DNA of 32,000 nucleotides from Candidatus Electrothrix yaqonensis (GTDB lineage Bacteria; Desulfobacterota; Desulfobulbia; Desulfobulbales; Desulfobulbaceae): NCBI GenBank assembly GCA_047651235.1, contig CP178758.1, positions 1,440,001 to 1,472,000 of the forward strand, read 5' to 3'. Shown piece by piece: positions 28,237 to 32,000 of this stretch (position 1 is its first letter; each line of letters starts with the position of its first letter). The notes under the pieces were generated by a model. It saw only the letters and a program-made list of their open reading frames with translations, ran no database searches and was not told where the DNA came from. The position numbers and the translations under genes were made by a program.

Positions 28237-28303
28237 ATTTTTCTCCTGTTAATCCGAATAATGGATCATGATATAATCATATCACGGTAGGACAGGTAAA
28301 TTT

Positions 28304-28924
28304 TCACCCGATCTCCACCCGTTCACCGTCAAGGCGCAGTCGCTCATCCGCCTCAAGAGTGATTTCTTCGGCCTCAATCCTGCAGGTCTTGTCTACGCTG
28401 CAATGCAGCTCTTCCAAACGGCTTTCCTCTATCCTGATTCGCCGGTAAAGGCGGGTGATCCGCTGGAGAACCCGTTCTGCTCTGGTCTCCACCGCACTCC
28501 AGACCGCCCGGAGCCGGGAAACGGAAATTTCAACCGTATCCGCCGTAAAATCGGCATCGCGGATTTCCGCAACGCCTCGGTCAGCCTGAAAATGCATCTC
28601 CGGCGACTTGAGGCTGATCTGCCTGTCCGCATAAAACAGCAGATCACCGCCCCGGGCCGCGACAATGGTATCCGCAGGCAGATTGATCCGGGCCGGTTTT
28701 GCGCTCCTGTTCAACACCGAAATAATATATGCCTTGCCCTCTGCCTGCTCTGCCAGCAGCACCATGTCATCCGGCTCCGGGGCTAGCAGACAGCCCGCCG
28801 CCTGAACTGCCGGAATGCGGCGTTGCCCGACCTCAACGACATAGCGCCTGTCCAGCGCCTGCTGCACCTTGCCGGTGGTAAAAAACATCTCATCAAATGC
28901 CTGTTGCTGCTGCGGGAGAGTCAT
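28304..28924 (-). CDS. DUF3540-like protein, paralog a
   Basis: The 206-aa protein starts at the ATG at 28922-28924 (MTLPQQQQ...), 10 nt after the stop of the pentapeptide gene. It shares the family blocks AAGCLLAPEPDDMVLL, FQADRGV, RLYRRIRIEESRL and a terminal VEIG. The longer ORF reaching 29176 overlaps the upstream gene and was not used. Confidence 0.6.
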   Translation of the reverse strand: MTLPQQQQAFDEMFFTTGKVQQALDRRYVVEVGQRRIPAVQAAGCLLAPEPDDMVLLAEQAEGKAYIISVLNRSAKPARINLPADTIVAARGGDLLFYADRQISLKSPEMHFQADRGVAEIRDADFTADTVEISVSRLRAVWSAVETRAERVLQRITRLYRRIRIEESRLEELHCSVDKTCRIEAEEITLEADERLRLDGERVEIG

Positions 28925-28934
28925 GCTGTCTGTT

Positions 28935-30008
28935 TTATACTGATGATCGAATTGATGATGAGCCGCGCCACTCTTCAGCGGCCTGCAGTTGTTTATCTGT
29001 GGGGATTGCGGTTTCCAGCTGCGCACCGTGCCATTTGGCACCCATTGCCTTGATCCGATGCATTCGGCAGAAATGCAGGCGGGCTTTCCTGAAATCTGCC
29101 CCGGTGAGGTCGGCATGGGAGAGATCGGCAAAATCCAGCTTGGCTCCGGCAAAAGAGGTGCCCTGGCAGCAGGCATGACTGAACATGGCCCTAGTCAATC
29201 CGGCCCGGAGAAACAGGGCCTTATCCAGCCGGGCATGCGTGAAAAATGCCTTGGCCAGTCCGGCCTCCTCAAACCGGGTCTGCACGCAGTCAGCCTCCTC
29301 AAACCGGGCAGCCTCGGCCTGTACCCATCGCAGGTCAGCACCACCAAGGTTGGCTTTTCCGCACTGCGCTCCCCGGAGATCGCTGTTGTTCAGCACTGCT
29401 TTTTCCAGATCAGCCTCGTCAAAAAAACAGCAGGCTAATCGGCAGTGCGTGAATCTGGTTTCCCGCAGGGTTGCCTTGGTAAAAAATGTCTTGCAGCAGT
29501 TCACCTGTTCTAGAGACTGGCCGGACAGATCAATGCCGCTCAAGTCCGCCCGTTCCAGGTTGGTGCCGATCAGCACCCCGTTTTCAAGACGGGCCTTGCG
29601 CAGGTCACTGCGGAACAGTTGGGTCTGCCGCAAACTGGTACCGATCAGCTTGGAATTCCGGCCGTCCAGAAAGGTGCAGTTTGCCTCGTCCAGCACGACA
29701 TCCGTCAGATCGCAGCTGCGCCACACGGCCTTTATCGCATTGACTCGAAACAGGTTGCTGCCGGAAAAATTCAGCCGGTCCGCCCGCATCCGGGAGCAGT
29801 CCGCCTCCTGCAGATCAGACCCGCAGATGGAGCTGTCCCGCCATACCGTGCCGCGCAGATCAGCGCCCTGTAGGTTAATTTTGTTAAAATGCACCTGCTC
29901 AAAAATAGCGCCGGACATATTCATTGCCGACAGATCAAGGTTCTGCACGTGAAGACCGGTAACAGGGCGGCCTGTCCGGATTAATGCTGTCAGTTCGTTG
30001 CGGGTCAT
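28935..30008 (-). CDS. Pentapeptide-repeat protein
   Basis: The 357-aa protein is almost entirely A(D/N)LxX-type pentapeptide repeats (ADLRGT, ADLSGI, ADLEKA, SDLRGA, ANLGGA, ADLSHA, ADLTGA, and so on). Its ATG lies 4 nt after the stop of the upstream gene. Confidence 0.85.
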   Translation of the reverse strand: MTRNELTALIRTGRPVTGLHVQNLDLSAMNMSGAIFEQVHFNKINLQGADLRGTVWRDSSICGSDLQEADCSRMRADRLNFSGSNLFRVNAIKAVWRSCDLTDVVLDEANCTFLDGRNSKLIGTSLRQTQLFRSDLRKARLENGVLIGTNLERADLSGIDLSGQSLEQVNCCKTFFTKATLRETRFTHCRLACCFFDEADLEKAVLNNSDLRGAQCGKANLGGADLRWVQAEAARFEEADCVQTRFEEAGLAKAFFTHARLDKALFLRAGLTRAMFSHACCQGTSFAGAKLDFADLSHADLTGADFRKARLHFCRMHRIKAMGAKWHGAQLETAIPTDKQLQAAEEWRGSSSIRSSV

Positions 30009-30012
30009 AGCG

Positions 30013-32000
30013 TCATACCGGCAGTTTTATGGCAAACAGGGTGGCGTCCAGATTGGTTCCATTCAGTAGGGTATGTCGGAGGGCGGCCTTATACAGATCA
30101 GCACCGTAGAAGTTGGCATCGCAGCAGTTACTTCCTTCAAGCCGGGCATGACGGAAGCGGGCCTTGAAGGCGTTGCTTTTGTACAGCGAACTCTGGCGCA
30201 GATCACTGTGCATCAGGTTGGCCTGCCGCAGCGAGGTGCGGCTGAAATCTGCCCGGCGGAAATCACATTGAGCCAGCATGGCCCGGTCAAGCATCCCGTG
30301 CCGGAGAACGGCATCCGGAAACGCGGATTCGCTCCAGGCAAGCTGTGCCATTTCCGCCTCACTGAAATCAGCCCTGAGCAGCGAGGTGCTGTTGCATTTG
30401 GACCGGCTTAACTTGGCTCTGCAGAAGATCACCTCTTCGCCTTCAGCCTCGGCAAACCAGGCGCCTTCCAAATTGCCGCCGGAGAAATCCGCTCTATCCA
30501 GCAAAGCCCGGTTGAAATTTACCCGGCGCAGATCCGCCTCCGCACAACGGACTGCGGTGAGATCGGCTCCCTTGAAACCGGCCTGCTGCAGATCGGCTTT
30601 GCGGGCATCGACCTCTGTCAGCATACAGGCATCAAATTCAGCCCGAATTCCCTTGACCTCTGCCAAACAGGCGCGGCTGAAATCACTTGTATCAAACCGG
30701 GCTTTGCGCAGATCAGCTCCGGTAAAATCAGCACCGCTCGCCAGCATTGCCGTAGCAACGCAATCTTGGAGACGGATGCCGGTCAGCACGGCATCGGAGC
30801 AGTCTGCCCTGCTGAGCAAGGCTCCGCTGCAGTCCGCCCTGCGCAGCGAGGTTCGGCTGAAGTTTACCCCTTCAAGCACAGCCCCCCGAAAATCAGCCCG
30901 GTCCAGCTTCACGCCGGAAAGATCCAGGCCACTCAGATTCAGCCCGGCCAGAGACCGGCCACAGGCATGGGCCGCCAGCACCTCCTCTCTGGTCATGACC
31001 GCAGTCAGGGGTAGATTACTGCCCGGCCTGTCCGGCTGGTTTTTAGGTTCCGCACCGCCGCTCTGCTGCGCTTGGCGTTCAAGGGCCTGCATTTCAGCAA
31101 ACAGTGCCTTATCCTCAATGCCGTAGGATTTCATGGCGGCAATGGCCGTGGCAATGCGGGCACTGCTGTTTTTCTTTGCAGGTTTGCCTGCCTGTGCGAG
31201 GATGCTGTCTGGCTGCAGATCTTTCGGGTTCAGCCCTGTCCGCAGCAGCATGGTATCCAGCTTCTTATGCAGATGCGCGGACCGTTGGGCAAGGCGGGCC
31301 GGGGTCAGCGGTTTAGCTCCCTTTCCGGCTTGGGCAGCAGCCGACTGTCCGAGCAGCTCATCTGCCGAGATGCCGAAGGCAGCCAGCAGCGGGGTCAGTT
31401 TTGTCTTGGCTGCTGCTGTTTTTTCCGCAATGGCAGCAGCAACCGGGTCGAATTCCGGAGTACCACCTTTGGCCTCAGCAGCTGTTGCTGCTTCCTCTGC
31501 TTTTGACGATGAGTCAGATTCCGGTTCCGGCTCATCAACGGCTACCTCTTCTGCCTCTGCATCCGGCAGCCCGAAGATACCGGCATAGCAGATACCTGCC
31601 TCGGCAGGTGGTTCAGCCAGCGGTTCCAGGGCAGCGGCAAGATAATAGGCATCCGTGTCCCATTCCGGCAGGTGAGCCAGTCCGGCCCGCCAGATCAGGA
31701 TGCCGGTTTCATGGTCGGGAAACAGCCAGAGCGTATCCAGGCGGCATTGCAGCTCAACAAAGGTGTGCTCTGCGGCATGATTGCCCAGAAAACAGCGGCA
31801 ACGGCGACCGGGGAGCTGTGACTCTATGCGGGAACGCTCAGGGTGCAGATTGTGCAGCAGCACCGGTTCATCCCCCTGGAAGAAACCGGGAAAGCGCTGA
31901 TCCAGCGGGGCCAGCTGGAACAGCCGGGGAGAGGCATCCGCAGGCGGTTTGGGCCAGCGGCGGGCAAGCCAGTTTTTGTCGAGGCCACCGACAAGAGCGC
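30013..32000 (-). CDS. DUF2169-like domain fused to a low-complexity linker and a pentapeptide-repeat domain (5' end lies outside the window)
   Basis: The frame is open to the window edge (..RLFQLAPLDQRFPGFFQGDEPVLLHNLHPE..). DTLWLFPDHETGILIWR resembles the C-terminal part of DUF2169. An Ala/Glu/Lys-rich linker of about 200 aa follows, then about 300 aa of pentapeptide repeats. Confidence 0.7.
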   Translation of the reverse strand, partial: ALVGGLDKNWLARRWPKPPADASPRLFQLAPLDQRFPGFFQGDEPVLLHNLHPERSRIESQLPGRRCRCFLGNHAAEHTFVELQCRLDTLWLFPDHETGILIWRAGLAHLPEWDTDAYYLAAALEPLAEPPAEAGICYAGIFGLPDAEAEEVAVDEPEPESDSSSKAEEAATAAEAKGGTPEFDPVAAAIAEKTAAAKTKLTPLLAAFGISADELLGQSAAAQAGKGAKPLTPARLAQRSAHLHKKLDTMLLRTGLNPKDLQPDSILAQAGKPAKKNSSARIATAIAAMKSYGIEDKALFAEMQALERQAQQSGGAEPKNQPDRPGSNLPLTAVMTREEVLAAHACGRSLAGLNLSGLDLSGVKLDRADFRGAVLEGVNFSRTSLRRADCSGALLSRADCSDAVLTGIRLQDCVATAMLASGADFTGADLRKARFDTSDFSRACLAEVKGIRAEFDACMLTEVDARKADLQQAGFKGADLTAVRCAEADLRRVNFNRALLDRADFSGGNLEGAWFAEAEGEEVIFCRAKLSRSKCNSTSLLRADFSEAEMAQLAWSESAFPDAVLRHGMLDRAMLAQCDFRRADFSRTSLRQANLMHSDLRQSSLYKSNAFKARFRHARLEGSNCCDANFYGADLYKAALRHTLLNGTNLDATLFAIKLPV

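Noticed and set aside
28925-29176. N-terminal 84-codon extension of the DUF3540a ORF
   Set aside because: It overlaps the 3' end of the pentapeptide gene in another frame and is Pro/Ser-rich. The internal ATG at 28924 gives a protein colinear with paralog b.
29185-31588. Several long plus-strand ORFs (255, 282 and 151 aa, among others) opposite the pentapeptide-repeat genes
   Set aside because: They are an expected artefact of GC-rich, 15-nt-periodic repeat DNA. Their translations are Ser/Ala/Arg-rich with no starts in good context. The minus-strand frames give canonical pentapeptide repeats.

Overview
The window looks like chromosomal DNA from a Desulfobacterota-like anaerobe; this is inferred from gene content and composition only. 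Positions 1-13.7 kb are ordinary housekeeping. They hold mtaB with a coupled SNase-like nuclease, hpt, an ABC-2 polysaccharide-export permease, fcl, a NifX-like/DUF134 pair, the complete rod-shape cluster mreB-mreC-mreD-mrdA-rodA, tRNA-Ala(GGC), and a lone nitrogenase-component-1 (NifN/K-type) gene behind a textbook sigma-54 promoter. Positions 13.8-21 kb are a decayed mobile-element patch. Two identical 107-bp MITE-like repeats bracket folK, an IS200 remnant, a frame-split IS5-family element, an intact RayT-like HUH transposase flanked by hairpin-rich repeat blocks, a TPR gene with an in-frame TAG and a HipA fragment. The broken genes outside the two repeats are an FG-GAP gene and an Rpn-like nuclease gene. 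Positions 22.3-32 kb, all on the minus strand, are the most interesting part. They carry a tightly packed DUF2169-pentapeptide fusion, a pentapeptide protein, DUF3540, and a PAAR-like DUF4150 followed by a second DUF3540. This gene set is usually seen next to T6SS vgrG genes but is mechanistically uncharacterised. Here it is interrupted by an AT-richer cargo block: a secreted TSP3-repeat protein, a Zn-phospholipase-C-like protein with Cys-rich repeats, a decayed second DUF4150 start and a PD-(D/E)XK nuclease-like gene. No CRISPR array or rRNA was seen. All family names come from motif recognition by eye, not from database searches.
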